64,000 nucleotides of DNA, taken from Paraspadella gotoi. Taxonomy: Eukaryota; Animalia; Chaetognatha. Positions 1-14,556 of the stretch are shown one piece after another (positions within the stretch are counted from its first letter, which is position 1; the number at the start of each line of letters is the position of its first letter). The notes below the pieces were generated by a model, which was given only the letters and a program-made list of their open reading frames with translations, was not told the DNA's origin and ran no database searches. The stretch lies in the NCBI GenBank assembly GCA_051294375.1, contig CM119263.1:30505376-30569375 (forward strand), given 5' to 3'. The position numbers and the translations under genes were made by a program.

Positions 1-938
1 TCTAAAACTTTAAAGTAGATAAGTTAGCTTTTCTCTTATCATGATTCGAACTAGCGTTAATTAATGAAACACTATCTCGAAACAATTATTTCTTTTTTAA
101 TTCTATTTGATTTCTATCATCATAAAAAAATGTTCATATTATTAAAGAAAATCCAACTATCAGGGCTCCTGGCCGTATGTAATAGTACTCATAATCTATA
201 ATTTCTTCTACAAAAAAAATAAGTGGTTTATTCACACGTTATTTTATAACATTTAACAATTCACATCACAATTCACAATAATAAAACTGACGGAAACTAT
301 TTTCATTTATAACAGCGAAATGTTAAAAAAAAAAACTCGAAAATTTAGTCATATTTTCGAATCGGAATTCGATCGTCTAAGGTCAATCAACGAATAAATA
401 TATAATAATTATTAAGGTGTCATATGAATAACTAAGTTGTCTTATTTTGATTCAATTTTCGAATGGACATTCGACCACTTTTTCTGGTTACTTCAAAATC
501 AAAAACTATTTTGCGGAAAAGGATGGATTATTTTTGTATTTCGATCTCGGGGTCAAATCGATTGTTGGTTCGAACTGGTCGCTCTCTTCAAAATCTTCCA
601 AAGATAATTCCTTCTTATGGATAAATCGGTTGAATCCGCGTCCCAAAGACGCCGGTTTTTTTCGCGTGGCCTCCCGATCGGTCATCTTCGCTTCTGAGGG
701 TCGGGGGATATAAATTAGATAAAAATTATATTGCTAAAGGTAAGAATGCAAAATGGACTAGGAAATTGGTACGACCAATACGGTTCAGCTCTAATGGGAG
801 TAACTTCAAGTGCTTACAGCACAAAAACGGTTTATGATAGAGAGAAAAAGGGATTATATTTGAAAACTAGGTTAAATTCTCTTTTGATCGATATCCAAAA
901 CGTCTGAAAAATCCAACATCAAATACTGTAATTAAAGC

Positions 939-1635
939 TTTTTAGTCGGATCTGCTTTCACAGATCCCGACTCTATAATTCACTTTGTCGGTCCGCCCCC
1001 TCAATCTTGTCGGGTATTCACTTATATCATGTCAGAACATCGAATTATGATAAATTATGCAAAAAAACACAAAAAAACGTTGTCTGCCTGTCTGTCCGTC
1101 CGTCCGTCCGTCCCACCTTAGCAAAAAACACCAATTACTCGTGATAGGATGAATGGATTGGAATGAAATTTTGTGTGTGGGTAGGGAAGTGTGTGATTGA
1201 GCTGGATATGAAGTTTCGATGGAATCGTCCGAGTGGAAATGAATTTAAATGGAAAAAACAAAAAAATATATTTCACTATTTGAACACCAATTACTTATAA
1301 GTGTATAGAGCTATTGACTTGTATTTGTATTTGGGTAGAAAAGTGTGTGATTAAACTGGAAATCAAGTTTCGATGGAATCGTTTGAGTGGAAATGATTTT
1401 AAATGGAAAAAAAAACCTGTTACACTAATTGATTATGTTTCTTTTTATTTTAAATTTAAATGCAAGATGTATTAATTAATCAAATAATTAATCAGTTAAT
1501 GAATTAGTCAATTAATAAGTCAATTAATCTCAAAAAAAATTTCGGATCAAATTAATTAATTAATTGCCTAATTAATTAATTAACTTGAATAAATAAATTA
1601 TTAATTAATTACGATATTGTTTTCTCAAACTTGTT
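939..1635 (+). mobile_element. DINE-1/HINE-like non-autonomous Helentron-type element, family A (degenerate copy)
   Basis: Starts TTTAGTCGGATCTGC..CAGATCCCGAC (5' subterminal palindrome), has a (GTCC)n microsatellite, and ends ATTGTTTTCTCAAACTTGTT. Same sequence as the other family A copies. Confidence 0.7.
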
Positions 1636-3295
1636 GTATTACATGTCAAAATTCTTCGCGCTGCTTCCTGACAAAATTTGGGAAAATTTTTCTAAAAATC
1701 AAGATGAAGGATGGCCGCGCAGTTTTTCTGACTCCAATCTCCCTGATTAATGAAAATGTAGGATAGAGAAGCAAATGTCCCACGCATCCCCTCTAGAACT
1801 GTCGACTTTCTGACAGCAACAATAGTGATAGAAATAACAGCATTCCTAACGGGCACGGTCGGAGAAGCATATGCCGCTTTCTCTGATCCTTTGGAGAAGG
1901 ACATGGTTGCCGAAGGTAAATCTTTTTAATTGATTGTATTTTTATTACAATTTTTTACAATTGTATCAATTTTTTTAAATTTTTTTAATTACCCGATTAC
2001 AACGATTTTTTAAAGCTAGTCACAAAATAGCTGGACCTCCCTGTATGTATTCATTTCATAAATATCTCGTCCGACTTAGGAAAGGCTATGGTGGTTCAAG
2101 ATAAAGACATAGCAGATCTCTGCAAATTTCCAATTAAGACATTCTCATGCAGCCTCGTTTATTCACTTCATGTTATAGGTACAACTCGAATCTTATCGAG
2201 AAAACGTTGGTCAATACTTTTCGTTGGGCGCGAGTAATTGAAAAGTAGAGAAGCATCTCTAAAATTACTTAACATTGGTCTCCTTTCTACAGTGTGTCCC
2301 AATGGAACTGTCTGTTAAGAATAGCTTACTGCTTCTATACCAGATCGAAAAACTTTAATTCATTATAATGAATATGCGCACAAGTATGGACCATTATATA
2401 CCTAAATAAAAAAAAATTTCAGTAATTTTTAAAAAAAATTTTTAAATTTAATATTTTTTAATATTTAATAAATATTTTTTTAATATTGATAAAATAATGT
2501 TTTAAATCTTTTCTTTAAATGCAGGACAGTAAGAAACTACCTCATATTTTTAGCTCCAGAGCTTTTATAATGCAGTAATCATTATTTTTAAAATTATCTA
2601 CTTATTTTGTTCATATTACTTTTTGAATTGATTTAATGATAAATTATTGAATAAATAGTAACCATATTGTTCTGGCTTAATAATTCAAACGCTCAGAAAA
2701 GACAGAAAAAAGACAGACAAAAAAGACAGAAAAAAACCTCAAATCTAAGAGACTGCTAGCGATGCCTCAGGAATTCCTGAAACTTTAAAGAATAAAAGAA
2801 AGAATTTTAATGCAGTGGATGTCATTAAAAAATTAAAATGAAATATAAAAATACAAATTCTAAATGAAATTCTAAATGAAATTTAGAATACAAATGATTA
2901 ATTAGTATTCCAATGCCCAAATATCTTTAGAAAGGAAAAAAAAAACGAAAATAATCCTAGATTGATAATTACCAAGCGTGACAAATTTCCATGCAAGTCT
3001 TCTGATAATATTAGGATTGTTTCCAAATACGTTTTGGAGTTGATTTTTCTTTTCAAGTAGCGGATTTATGAAATACTGCATGAAGAGAGATATATATTTT
3101 GAGAAAGTTATAAGATTAAATGATTTTTTAAGTTTCAGCCAAATAAAATTTAAAAAAAAAGTTATCGAGTATGTATGAATATCATTCAATTCTACCTTGT
3201 AATCTTATCTAACGAATCATACAAAATCTTTATTATCCTCTCCGCCCTTTTTTATTCCCTCTCCCATCGTAAAAATCATATATAAACTTTTTATA

Positions 3296-4157
3296 TTTTT
3301 AGTCGGATCTGCTTATCAGCAGATCCCGACTCTATAATTCACTTTGTCGGTCCGTCGGTCCGCCCCCTCAATATTGTCGGGCACTAACTTATATAATGTC
3401 AGAACATCGAATTTTGATAAATTATGCAAAAAAAATGATGTCCATCCGTCCTTCCCACCTTAGCAAAAAACACCAATTACTCGTGATTGGATGGATGGAT
3501 TTGAATGAAATTTTGTGTGGGGGTAGGGAAGTGTGTGATTGAGCTGGATATAAAGTTTCAATGGAATCGTCCGAGTGGAAATGAGTTTAAATGGAAAAAA
3601 CAAAAAATATAATTCACTATTTGAACACCAATTGCTCATGAGTGGATGGGGCGATTGACCTGGAATTTTGTATGTGAGTAGGAAAGTGTGTGATTGAACA
3701 GGAAACCAAGTTTCGATGGAATCGTTTGAGTGGAAATGAGTTTAAATGGAAAAAACATAAGTCGCATTTACTAAAATCTTTTTACTTATTTTAACCAATA
3801 AATACTTGTGTGTGGGTAGGAAAATGTGTGACGAAGCTTGATATAAAGTTTCGGTACGAGTGGAAATGAGTTTAAATGAAAAAAATATGACTCTTTTTAC
3901 TTATTTTAACCCATAATAGATTGAGATGAAATTTTGTGAGCGGGAAGAAAAGTTTGTGAAGAAGCTAGATATAGAGTTTTGACGGAATTGTGCCAGTGGA
4001 AATGAGTTTAAATGAAAAAAATATAAGTCACATTTACTTTATTTTAAGGATATCGATGATGACAAGCTGTATATAATTTATAATTATTAAATATTAAAAT
4101 TAATTAATTAATTAATTTTCGTAAGCAGATCCGACATTGTTTGCTCAAACTTGTTTT
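3296..4157 (+). mobile_element. DINE-1/HINE-like element, family A
   Basis: SubTIR GTCGGATCTGC at the 5' end and GCAGATCCGAC at the 3' end; 5' palindrome GTCGGATCTGCTTATCAGCAGATCCCGAC; 3' hairpin GTTTG-CT-CAAAC; T-rich flanks with no TSD. Confidence 0.8.
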
Positions 4158-5087
4158 ATAAAAATTTTGTCAAATACAGTAAAACAAGTAATTTTGAAAC
4201 TTTCATATTCATTATCAATTTCACGACGAATAGAGCGAAAAAAATTTTATTGCTGATTTTCGTTTCGAAATTAACTTAATTCAGTAAAATAAAATGAAGG
4301 GACAGATTATTCCTATTGATAATAAAGAAATTCAACTCGTTCTTGGCCAAGGAAAAAAATAGTGCTGTTACCCCCAATTTGTTGGTTATTGGGTTAATTG
4401 TTCTTTGAAGTTTTCTTAAAGATCCAAGCGGAGTGACGGACATTTTCGAATCTTTAATGTTGGTAAATCCGAGAACTCTAAATAGATATTGGACAAAGTG
4501 CGATTTTTTTGCATTTGGATTCGTCATGAAACGATGATAATAAGAAATATAACTTTTTAAAAAAAAATTCTTTCATTAAGTTGGTCAAAAAACAAACACA
4601 TATTTTAAACTGAAAATGAAACTATTATTTCTCTAGATATCTCGGAATCTTTAGTTTTAAGAAACTATTTTGTAATCGCTGGATTGGTGGACTTTTCTGT
4701 GAGAGAAGCAACTTTTTGTTGCTATTTTGGCTTCAGAAACAAGAAAAGATTCTTTAAACTTTATATATATTTGCTGAGTTTGTATTAAATGTTTTGTTAT
4801 TCTCTGCCCAGGACTTCTAACTTCTTCTTCTTTAAAGATACTTGCATCATCAAGTCCTGGACATCACAGCTGTTGCCGACAGTCGGCTACTGCGTCAACG
4901 TCGACCCCCTGTCGAGACTTTGTTGTCCTCAACTACTGAGCGTCATTGACCGGCGCCATCGTCTCCTCTGCGCCATTTTTCTACAAATACCATTAACTTA
5001 TTTAGCGTAGAGTTTGTCCGGAAAAATTAGCAAGTCAAGGAAACCAACTGAAAATAAAACTTTTATATGAAATTGGTACAACCAATA

Positions 5088-5251
5088 TAAAAATTATCCA
5101 TTCATTTAATAAATAAGCTATCTTGCCCCTGACTTTGGACAGGCTTTGGTGGTTTAAGGCCTCCATCACTCTTACAAGATAATTACATTGCAGGTCCCTG
5201 CAAGCTTTCAATCAAGACTCTCTCACAGTCCCGTTTATTCACTCCCAGAGT
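5088..5251. repeat. Dispersed repeat, near-identical to 25468-25653
   Basis: ATGAAATTGGTACAACCAATATAAAAATTATCC...TTATTCACTCCCAGAGTA occurs at both sites; a weaker copy lies near 2080-2170. Confidence 0.75.
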
Positions 5252-5334
5252 ACCTGGCTTCCCTATCAATGAATTATATATTATATATTAATTATAATTA
5301 TATATTAATAATTATATATTATTTTTAAATATAG

Positions 5335-6561
5335 TTTTAGTAGGATCTGCTTATCGCAGATTCTGACTCTATCATTCACTTTGTTAGTCCGTCTGTCCAC
5401 CCCCCCAATCTTGTCGGTCATTAACTTAGAACATGTCAGAACATCAAATTATGATAAATTATGCAAAAAAAAAAATGGTGTCCGTCCGTCTCTGTCCGTC
5501 CCCCCTTAGCATTATTACTTGTGATTACTTGTGATTGGATGGATGGATTGGAATGAAATTTTTCGGGTGGGTAGGGAAGTGTGTGATTGAGCTGGATATA
5601 AAGTTTAGATGGAATCGTGCGAGTGGAAATGGGTTTATATGGAAAAAACAAAAAAATCTATTTCACTATTTGAACGCCAATTACTCATGAGTGGATGGGG
5701 CAATTGACTTGAAATTTTGTATGAGGGTAGGGAAGTGTGTGATTAAGCTGGATATATAGTTTCAATGGAATCGCGCAGAGTGGAAATGAGTTTAAATGGA
5801 AAAAACAAAAGTCATATTTACTTGAAGTATTTTTACTTATATTTACTCATAATTATTATATTGATTACAAATTAGATAGATAAATTGAAATGAAATTTTG
5901 TCTTTGGGTATGAAAGTATGTTATTAAGCGGAATATAAATTTTTGATGGAATCGTAGGAGTGGAAAAGAGTTTAAATTAGAAAACCAAAAGACACAATTA
6001 TTTGAATTTTTAAAAGTTTCCCTCTCTCTATCTCTCTCTGATTGATTGATTGATTGATTGACCGACCAAATTATGACAGTTGACCAAATTATTCAAGTGA
6101 CCAAATTCTGCAAGTTGAGCAAATTAAGCTGGTTGAGCAAATTAAGCCGGTTGAACAAATTATACCAGTTGAGCAAATTATGCCAGTTGACTAAATAATG
6201 CCAGTTGACCAAATTAAACCAGTTGACCAAATAATGCAACTTGATTAAATTATGCAAGTTGGTCAAATTATGCAAGTTGGTCAAATTATGCAAGTTGACC
6301 AAATTTTGCAAAATTACCAAATTATGCAAATTGGTATTGGCGCAGCTACTGGTAATGAATGATTGATAGATCAATTTATTTATAGATTTTTTCAAAGATT
6401 TATTAAGAAGTCTGTTATGATTTGTTATGTTACAATTTGTTATGATCTGTTAAGATAACAAATAGAAAGTCAGAAAATATTACCATGATTTATCCTCGGA
6501 TTAGTTTATTACCGCTTAATTATCGTAGGCAGATCCGACATTGTTTGCTCAAACTTGTTTT
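5335..6561 (+). mobile_element. DINE-1/HINE-like element, family A, with internal 18-bp minisatellite
   Basis: Same termini as 3296-4157; tandem CAAATTATGCAAGTTGAC-like units at about 6070-6335. Confidence 0.75.
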
Positions 6562-6741
6562 AAATTTTAACCCCCGTAATGAATGAATCTTTGAAATGAT
6601 ATATATATTCTTTTAGCAACTTTTGACGAGGAATTCTAATTTGCCCTCAAAATTAAAAAAAGCCTATTTTGAAATTTAGAGATTTTATAATTACAGCTCA
6701 CTGCGAAAATGAAAAACATACTTGACTCTCTTTTCACACAC

Positions 6742-8475
6742 TCACTGTTTTGGGGAAACGTTTGCGTTCATAAAGAATTTTGTGAGAGAAATGATTACTT
6801 GAGTCAAAACTTCGTGATTCAAAGTGAAACAGACGCAGAAGTTTGTCGCTTCCACTGAGAAATTCACGACTGCACGATAAAATTGAGATGAAAAAGTGAA
6901 AGTTTTGAAAGAAAAATGTCTTCATTTCTTCTACGTAAAATGAATTTATTTTTAAATTATTAAATCTTAATTATGATTTTGTTATAAATTTTGTTATAAA
7001 TAATAACCTGCTGGTGAATAAAGATATGGTTCGCAGATTAGGTCACCGTTTTTAATCTCAAACGGAGATTTATTTTCTTGGAAGGTTACGTAACAAGATC
7101 CATGTGAAACGTAAATAACTTTGTCAATGACGTCGCCAAATTTTACGATCATATCTCCGGGTAAAAAAACTTCTTTCTTTATAAAATTTGCGATGAAACG
7201 ATAAAAACTATCGTAAAAACAAAAATTTAAATCATAAAATGCAGAATCTACAGACGTTTTGAACTTTCGATTACAAAACTGGTTCTATATTGTTAAAGCT
7301 TACTTGTTGTCCATCAGCTTCATCAGTTTAATTTTGTAAATGAAATTATGAGTCACGGCTTCTTTTATATTTGAAGATAGCAAAGGATGCAAATCGGACA
7401 ATATATTGTCAAATTCCCAATCCTCAGACAATCCAAGGGACGAGTAACGAATGTAGTTCATGATGGAACACCTGCTCTTCTCATCGATCCCATTCTTTTC
7501 CAGGCAAAGAGAAAACTGTTTTATTTTTTCTTCCTTTCGATTCTCTTCGGAATAGATGGAATTGATTTTGGTTATGACCAAAGCTTGAAAGTATCCGCCC
7601 ACCAAAAATCCGAACAACATAAAGAAAATGACGAGAAGCCTCTCTAACGTCGTCTGTGGGATGACGTTCCCGCCTCCCGTGTTGCTCACAACGTTGCACA
7701 CGAAAACGAAGGAGCGGACAATGAAGGACTCGATGGAGTTCACCGTGTAGTATCTCTTTGCGAATCCGATCCAACTGATATCGCATCTGTTTTCGTACGT
7801 ATCCAAGCAAGTCCAGCCCATCCAAAACATCGTCAAAATAGTGAAGAAAAACAAGAGAACGTAAACCGTTCCGAGCGTTTGTTTCGTTTGAGAGAGAGAG
7901 AGGGAGACGGGTTCTCTGGCTCTCTCGAGTCTGTAATATCTCAGAACGTAAATCATCTGCATAGCCATGGGCAAGACGGTTAGGGGCATAATGAAGTCGT
8001 TGAAGTAACCTTGTATACCAATAATCAATCCGATCGGTTGAACGCAAAGAAAATATAGTATCCAACGAAATGGTCTCAGGGAAAATTTCCAAACAGAAGC
8101 CGGGTCCATGACGATCATGTCCGACTTTTTATCGTGATAGCCCATGTAGACGAACAATACAAAGTAAGCGGTTGAACACAACGAGGAGACGGTAAAAGGT
8201 TTCCAGATTCTCAAAAAAATCTCAAGCTCGTAGTTCACTTTTCTTCCCAACAAATATTTCTTCAAATTCTCGTGACAACAGTCGAATCCGATGAGAAGAA
8301 AGCAATAAAGCAGCAAAAAAAACTGCACGCTGGTTATCGTCATTAAAAAGGCGTTGACTCCCGTCGAGGCGGGGTGGAATATTCTCCGATTCGTTCGTAA
8401 TTTGTAAATAGGCCCTTTGTGAATTCTTTCTGTACCATCATGCGTATCAAGAGTCGGGACACTAACCTGCTCCAA
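6742..8475 (-). CDS. Divergent cyclic-nucleotide-gated/KCNH-like 6TM channel (exons about 8475-7304, 7207-7008, 6869-6742; may continue leftwards)
   Basis: The 391-aa ORF has hydrophobic helices, pore VVSNTGGGNVIPQTTLER, S6 and a C-linker (ILSDLHPLLSSNIK). In-frame GT-AG splicing adds a CNBD: EVFLPGDMIVKFGDVIDKVIYVSHG..IKNGDLICE..FSVEATNFCVCFTL. Confidence 0.8.
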
Positions 8476-8932
8476 CTGTTTTTCGGTTTTGGTAAAAATT
8501 TTTGGCAGAGAAAAGTTTAAACGCTTAATTTTTTTTATTATTGGGGATGAGCATCTTTTCTAAAGTATTTCCAAATCGGTTTTAGCCTATTTATAATTTG
8601 AATTGAGTGATCCCTGGCCTCAAACAGGAAAGAGCGATTAGGCGTGTTCCGGGCCTCGTAAGAGGCTATTGAATATGCGAAGCCAGAAAAAAGGGAATCG
8701 TTAAAAAAAGGAAACTATAAAAATTTTAGAATTATAACAGAATATGAAAGAGATGTTATAAGAAATCATCCAAAAATATATAGTGAGTGACCACGCCAGA
8801 AAAATTACTATTAAACTAACATCAATTTAAAATCGTCAATTCAAGATGTCACTTCAAGATCGTCACTTTACGATCGTCACTCGGTAAAAATAGACCTTCG
8901 TTTCTTTATCTTTTCCTTTTCATCTTCAAATA

Positions 8933-9858
8933 TATCGAATTCTTTATTGGCTTTTACTCAATTGTCTTGTACTTATCAACAAGTTTATTCACTAACACAG
9001 GTTTGTGGATAAATGTACAACTAAACTCTGGGACAGAAATATTTAATTATACGTATATAGTCTGTTACTTTATTAATCTAATTCATGCTATCTATTTAAT
9101 TGCCAATACTACCGGAGTTTTCATCTCACTTAATCGAACCAGCATTAAAAAATCGCAGAGGCTCAAAAACCTCAAACAGTTTTTAGAAGTTAAAGAAATT
9201 AATAATCGTTTAAGAAAACAGGCGAGTATCAACGAGGAAATTTATCTTTCTTCGGACGAATTTTTGGTAACTCTTGTCAATGAATACGATTGCATTCCGT
9301 CGCATACGCTGACTCAAATGAGATTGAGTAAATATCGAACCATCTATCATAGATTAGGCTTAAGTCAGATACCCAAAGATCAGCTGTCTATTGTTACGAA
9401 CGAGTTTAACACAGTTTTTTGTACAAAGAGGACAAGAAATCTTGGAAGAAGGACAAATAATTGACTCTATTTTTATTCTTCTTAACGGCAAAGTTGCAAT
9501 ACCGAATGAAGAAATGAGTTCCGACATTAGAAAGGCCACAAAATCATCGAAATCGTCAAAAAACTCTAAAGCGAGCTACAACATCGCTTGACGAAAAAAG
9601 TCCTGGATAATAGTTACAATTGTAAAACTTTAAATCCCGGAGCTTGTTTTGGAATAAAAAATTCAAATCCGTCCGATTTCAAGCTCGAAGTTTGGCGAAA
9701 TGACGTGATAGCGCTGAGTGACTGCGTTCTCTTGAGGATGAATTATAAAGCTTTAAAGAAAATCAGGGATAGAGCAGGATTGATCGTTGGAAAAGTTGTA
9801 TGGAACTTCGTTGCAGACGTATTTAGATATCAAAGATTTCTATGAGGTAGTTACCTAA
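8933..9858 (+). pseudogene. Frameshifted inverted copy of the 3' part of the 19155-21277 channel exon
   Basis: ORFs 8967-9464, 9391-9591 and 9588-9845 reproduce consecutive pieces of the 694-aa ORF, broken by three single-base indels. Confidence 0.8.
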
Positions 9859-10258
9859 ATATTAAACGAAACCGTAACTTAAAAATATTGTCCTTGGTTT
9901 AATGATGCTTTGGATAGAGTTTCGTTAACCGTTAATTTTTCAGGAAATTCTAAAACTAACATTTTTAACGGTTAACCGTTAAAATCGGTTAGTTTTATAA
10001 TTTAACTTTAAATTTAAAATACTAATATTTAAAACAAACTAAAGTATTTAATGGTAATTTTCTCTTTAATTTGGCTCCTGAACCTTCTATCTTCTATTTC
10101 AGATAGATAGTAAAAGATAGTTAGTAAAAGAAAAATTGTTTTGAGCTAACTATCTTGAAATTACCCATGATAAATGAGCTTATCATCTAATCAAATAATA
10201 CATCATGATAAATCTTGCATACAAGTTTTTTATTTTGCCTTAAGCATAATATAAATAT

Positions 10259-10515
10259 AAACAAGTTTGAGCAAACAATGTCGGATCTGCTACGATAATT
10301 AATTAATTAATTAATAATTAATTAATTATTAATAAATAATTATTAATAAATAATTATTAATAAATAATTATTAATAAATAATTATTATTAATTTATTATT
10401 TAATTTGTAATTAATTAATTAATTATTAATTAATTAATTAATTATTAATAAATAATTATTAAAATTATTAATTAATTAATTTTAAATTAATTAATTAATT
10501 ATATTTTATTTTATG

Positions 10516-10573
<58 letters not shown>

Positions 10574-11809
10574 TGCAATTGCGACGATTGCTTTTAAGAT
10601 TTTTTTACTTGCATCATTTTTTCAACTTGCATCATTTTTTCATTTTGCATCATTTTTTCAATTTGCATCATTTTTTCAACTTTCATCATTCTTTCAACTT
10701 TCATCATTTTTTCAACTTGCATCATTTTTCAACTTGCATAATTTTTTAAATTGCATCATTTTTTCACATTAATTAATTAATTAATAAATTAAAACATTTA
10801 TTACTAAATCATTAATTCCATTTAAACTCATTTCCACTTGCACAATTCCGTCAAAACTTTATAACCGGCTCACAAAATTTCATCTCAATCTATCATGGGT
10901 TAAAATAAATAAAAAGATTCAAGTAAATGTGAATCATATTTTCTCATTTAAACTCATTTCCACTCGTACGTTTCCACCGAAACTTTATATCAAGCTTCGT
11001 CACACATTTTCCTACCCACACACAAAATTTCATTCCAATTCAACCAGCCAATCACGAGTTATTGGAGCTTTTTGCTAAGGTGGGACGGATGGACGGATTA
11101 ATTGACTGATTAATTAATTATTGATTAATTGACTAATTTATTGATTAACTGATTAATTATTTGATTTATTAATACATCCTGCATATACATTTAATATAAA
11201 AGGAAAAAGAAGCATAATCAATTTTTTGTTTTTTCCATTTAAACTCATTTCCACTCAAACGATTCCATCGAAACTTGTTTTCCTGTTCAATCACACACTT
11301 TCCTACCCACATACAAAATTCTAGGTCAATTGCCCCATCCACTCATGAGCAATTAATTAGGCAATTAGTTAATTAATTTGATTTGAAATGTTTGTTTTAG
11401 GTATTTTCGTCACTAACCATGACAAAAGCAATGACGACGATGAGAATAATGCCGATAATGATTGACTTGATTGATTGATTAATCAAATAATAGATAAATG
11501 AATTGATTGATTAAATAATTAATTAATAGATAAATAAATTGGTTGATTGAATAATTAATTGATTGATAAATTGACTGATTAATTAATTATTGATGATAAT
11601 TGCTGATTCATCGGGAAAAAAACGAGTCTGTAGAAGGCTCTGCAGGGGCTCTTTCTTTTTCTCTCTTTTCTCCTGCTGCTTCTGCTGCTGCCTTTTGATT
11701 TCTTTCTTTTTTCTGGCTGTCTCTGCTGCTGCCGCTGCTGATTCGTCCGAAAACGATCTCTCTCTCTCTCGCTCTCTCTCGCCTCTCTCTCGCTCTCTCT
11801 CGCTCTCTC

Positions 11810-11848
<39 letters not shown>

Positions 11849-11962
11849 GTTTTTGTTAAAAAAAATTGAATTAGGATTGAACTCGTAAAATTATGCATCG
11901 AATTCGTTGCATGTTATCATTTTGCTATTGCAACATCAAGTTTTAATTTCCTTTTTATTTCC

Positions 11963-11997
<35 letters not shown>

Positions 11998-12870
11998 GCA
12001 ATTATGCAATTGCGACGATCCTTATGCTTTTAAGATTTTTTAACTTGCATCATTTTTCAACTTGCATCATTTTTTCAACTTGCATAATTTTTTTAAATTG
12101 CAACATTTTTCCACATTAATTAATTAATTAATTAATTAAAACATTTATTAGTAATCATAAATCATAAAGATTCAAGTAAATGTGACTTATGTTTTTTCCA
12201 TTTAAACTCATTTCCACTGGCACAATTCCGTCAAAACTTTATATCTAGCTGATTAATGAATTATTGATTAATTAATTGACTAATTGATTAATTAACTGAT
12301 TAATTATTTGATTTATTAATACATCCTGCATATACATTTAATATAAAAGGAAAAGAAGCATAATCAATTTTTGTTTTTTTCCATTTAAACTCATTTCCAC
12401 TCAAACGATACCATCGAAACTTGATTTCCAGTTCAATCACACACTTTCCTACCCACATATAAAATTCCAGGCCAATCGCCCCATCCACTCATGAGCAATT
12501 GGTGTTCAAATAGTGAATTATATTTTTTTGTTTTTTCCATTTAAACCAATTTCCACTCGCACGATTCCCTCGAAACTTCATATACATCTCAATCACACAC
12601 TTCCCTACCCGCACACAAAATTTCATTCCAATCCATCCACGCAATCACGAGTAATTGGTGTTTTTTGCTAAGGTGGACGGACGGACGGACGGACGGACGG
12701 ACGGACGGACGGACAGACGGACGGACATCAATTTTTTTGCATAATTTATCATAATTCGATGTTCTGACATGATATAAGTTAGTGCCCGACAATATTGAGG
12801 GGGCGGACCGACGGACCGACAAAGTGAATTATAGAGTCGGGATCTGCTGATAAGCAGATCCGACTAAAAA
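10259..12870 (-). mobile_element. Composite HINE-like family A element containing family B pieces and (CT)n tracts
   Basis: Family A termini on the minus strand; internal family B 3' ends (ATTGCGACGAT..TTTTAAGA) at about 10575 and 12005. Mirror copy of 16148-18754. Confidence 0.75.
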
Positions 12871-13489
12871 GTCAAAGAAAGAAAAAGCACAATGTAATTC
12901 TAATTTTATATTAAGTTTTCTCGTTCTCTCTTTCTCTTTTTCGCTTTCTCTTTTTCTTTCTCTATTTCTCTTCCTCATTATTTTTCTAGTTGTTAGTCTT
13001 TCATAAACCATGACCATAATTATAAATATAAAATATGAATATTAGTTTATTGATTGAATGGTTTATTGATTGAGCTATTGATCAAAAGATTTATTGATTA
13101 ATAAATATTTTTTTTTCGTTTTATTAAAAGTATATCATCATTGAAGGATATTTTTAGTTAGCCTTAAGGTCTTTTTAAAGATTCCTTCCTTTTATTATTA
13201 ATTCTTAAATTTTTTATAATAATTTTTTTATTAATTTCTTTCATTCATTCAGTTTTATTTCATTTGCTTCTTTGTTCGTTCTAAAGAGGGAAAGAAAAAG
13301 AGAGAAAACGAAGAATTATTTATTTTTTTTAATAACAAAATATAATAAAAAGTTTTTTCATGTAAAAATTTAATTTGTAAGAATATGTATGTATTTACAT
13401 ATATATTATATTTCAAAATATTCTTTGATGTAAATGCATTGTGTAATGTAATCCTTTCTTTCGTTGTGATTAGAGATTAGAGTTTGAAA

Positions 13490-13792
13490 TAATTGGCAAC
13501 AACAATTTATTTTCAGGATGAAAACGGACATGTTTTTACAAGCCTTCTTCAGCGTCAATTTAGTTTGTAAAATTATTAGACAGATTTTGTGTAGAAGATT
13601 GGGGAGAGAGAGAGAGAGAAGGCAAAGTTTCTCTGTTTCTCTCTCTCTTTTTCTCTCTCTCTCCCCTTCTTCTACACAAAATCTGTCTAATAGTTTCACA
13701 AACTAAATTGACGCTGAAGAGGGCTTGTAAAAAAGCCGAAGCATGTACGTTTTCATCTTGAAAATAAATCGTTATTGCCAATTATTTCAAAC
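13490..13792. mobile_element. Inverted pair of Penelope-like pLTR fragments with a degenerate hammerhead core
   Basis: Local palindrome; CTGAAGA-GGGCTT-GTAAAA-AAGCC-GAAGC-ATGTA at 13714-13747. Mirrored at about 15225-15540. Confidence 0.55.
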
Positions 13793-14299
13793 TTTGTCTC
13801 TAAGATGTAAAAGCATAAAATTAGTTGAAGGGAAAAACAAAAAAAATTGGGAGAAGTAAAAAAATACTTGAAGGGCAGAAAAAAGGAGAGAAAAGAAAGG
13901 GGGAAAGAAGGAGGGGAAAAGAGAGAAAGAAAAAGAAAGGAACGTAAAGGTATAAAGTTAGGGGAAGAAAGAATAAGAAAGATTAGGATAGAAAAAAGAA
14001 AATAGAAAAAAGGAAAAAAAAATTGAAAAAATTGAGAAGAGAGAGAGGGGAAAATATGGTGAGAGAGGGAGAGGAGAATAAAAGAGGACGGGAAAAAAAT
14101 AATTTTCTTTTAAAAAATCAATTTCAGGTAAGGGCGGGGGAAAATTTTGAGGATTTATATTTTAAGAAAAGAACAGATTTTTTTATGACAAACAACGATT
14201 TTTATTAGACAATTTAGTCGGACAAGTATCGACTCTTGAAACATCCGACTAAATTGTCTATAGACCTTCGTTTCTTTATCTTTTCCTTTTCATCTTCAA

Positions 14300-14556
14300 A
14301 TATCCACCAAATTTAATATAAATCCTTGTTATGATTCTTTCTTTTCGTTGCGTTTAAAATTTTAGGAAAAAAGTTTTTGTATGATAAACAACAATTTTTA
14401 TTAGACAATTTAGTCGGACAAGTATCGACTCTTGAAACATCTGACTAAATTGTCTAATAAAAATTATTGTTTATCATACAAAAACTTTTTTCCTAAAATT
14501 TTAAACGCAACGAAAAAGAAAGAATCATAAGGATTTATATTAAATTTGGTGGATAT
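14300..14556. repeat. ~256-bp palindrome next to the 25-N gap
   Basis: ATATCCACCAAATTT...AAATTTGGTGGATAT arms around the loop ACAAGTATCGACTCTTGAAACA. Confidence 0.85.

Larger units (their letters stand above)
8931..14433. repeat. Left arm of a 5.5-kb inverted duplication of 14582-20082 (probable assembly artefact)
   Basis: Reverse-complement match to the right arm across the 25-N gap at 14557-14581; the differences I checked are mostly homopolymer indels. Confidence 0.9.

Noticed and set aside
447-4527. Short ORFs as further exons of the 6742-8475 channel
   Set aside because: They are plausible, but I could not establish motifs or phase-consistent splice joins.
7387-8092. Overlapping alternative-frame ORFs
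   Set aside because: They are shadows of the channel exon.
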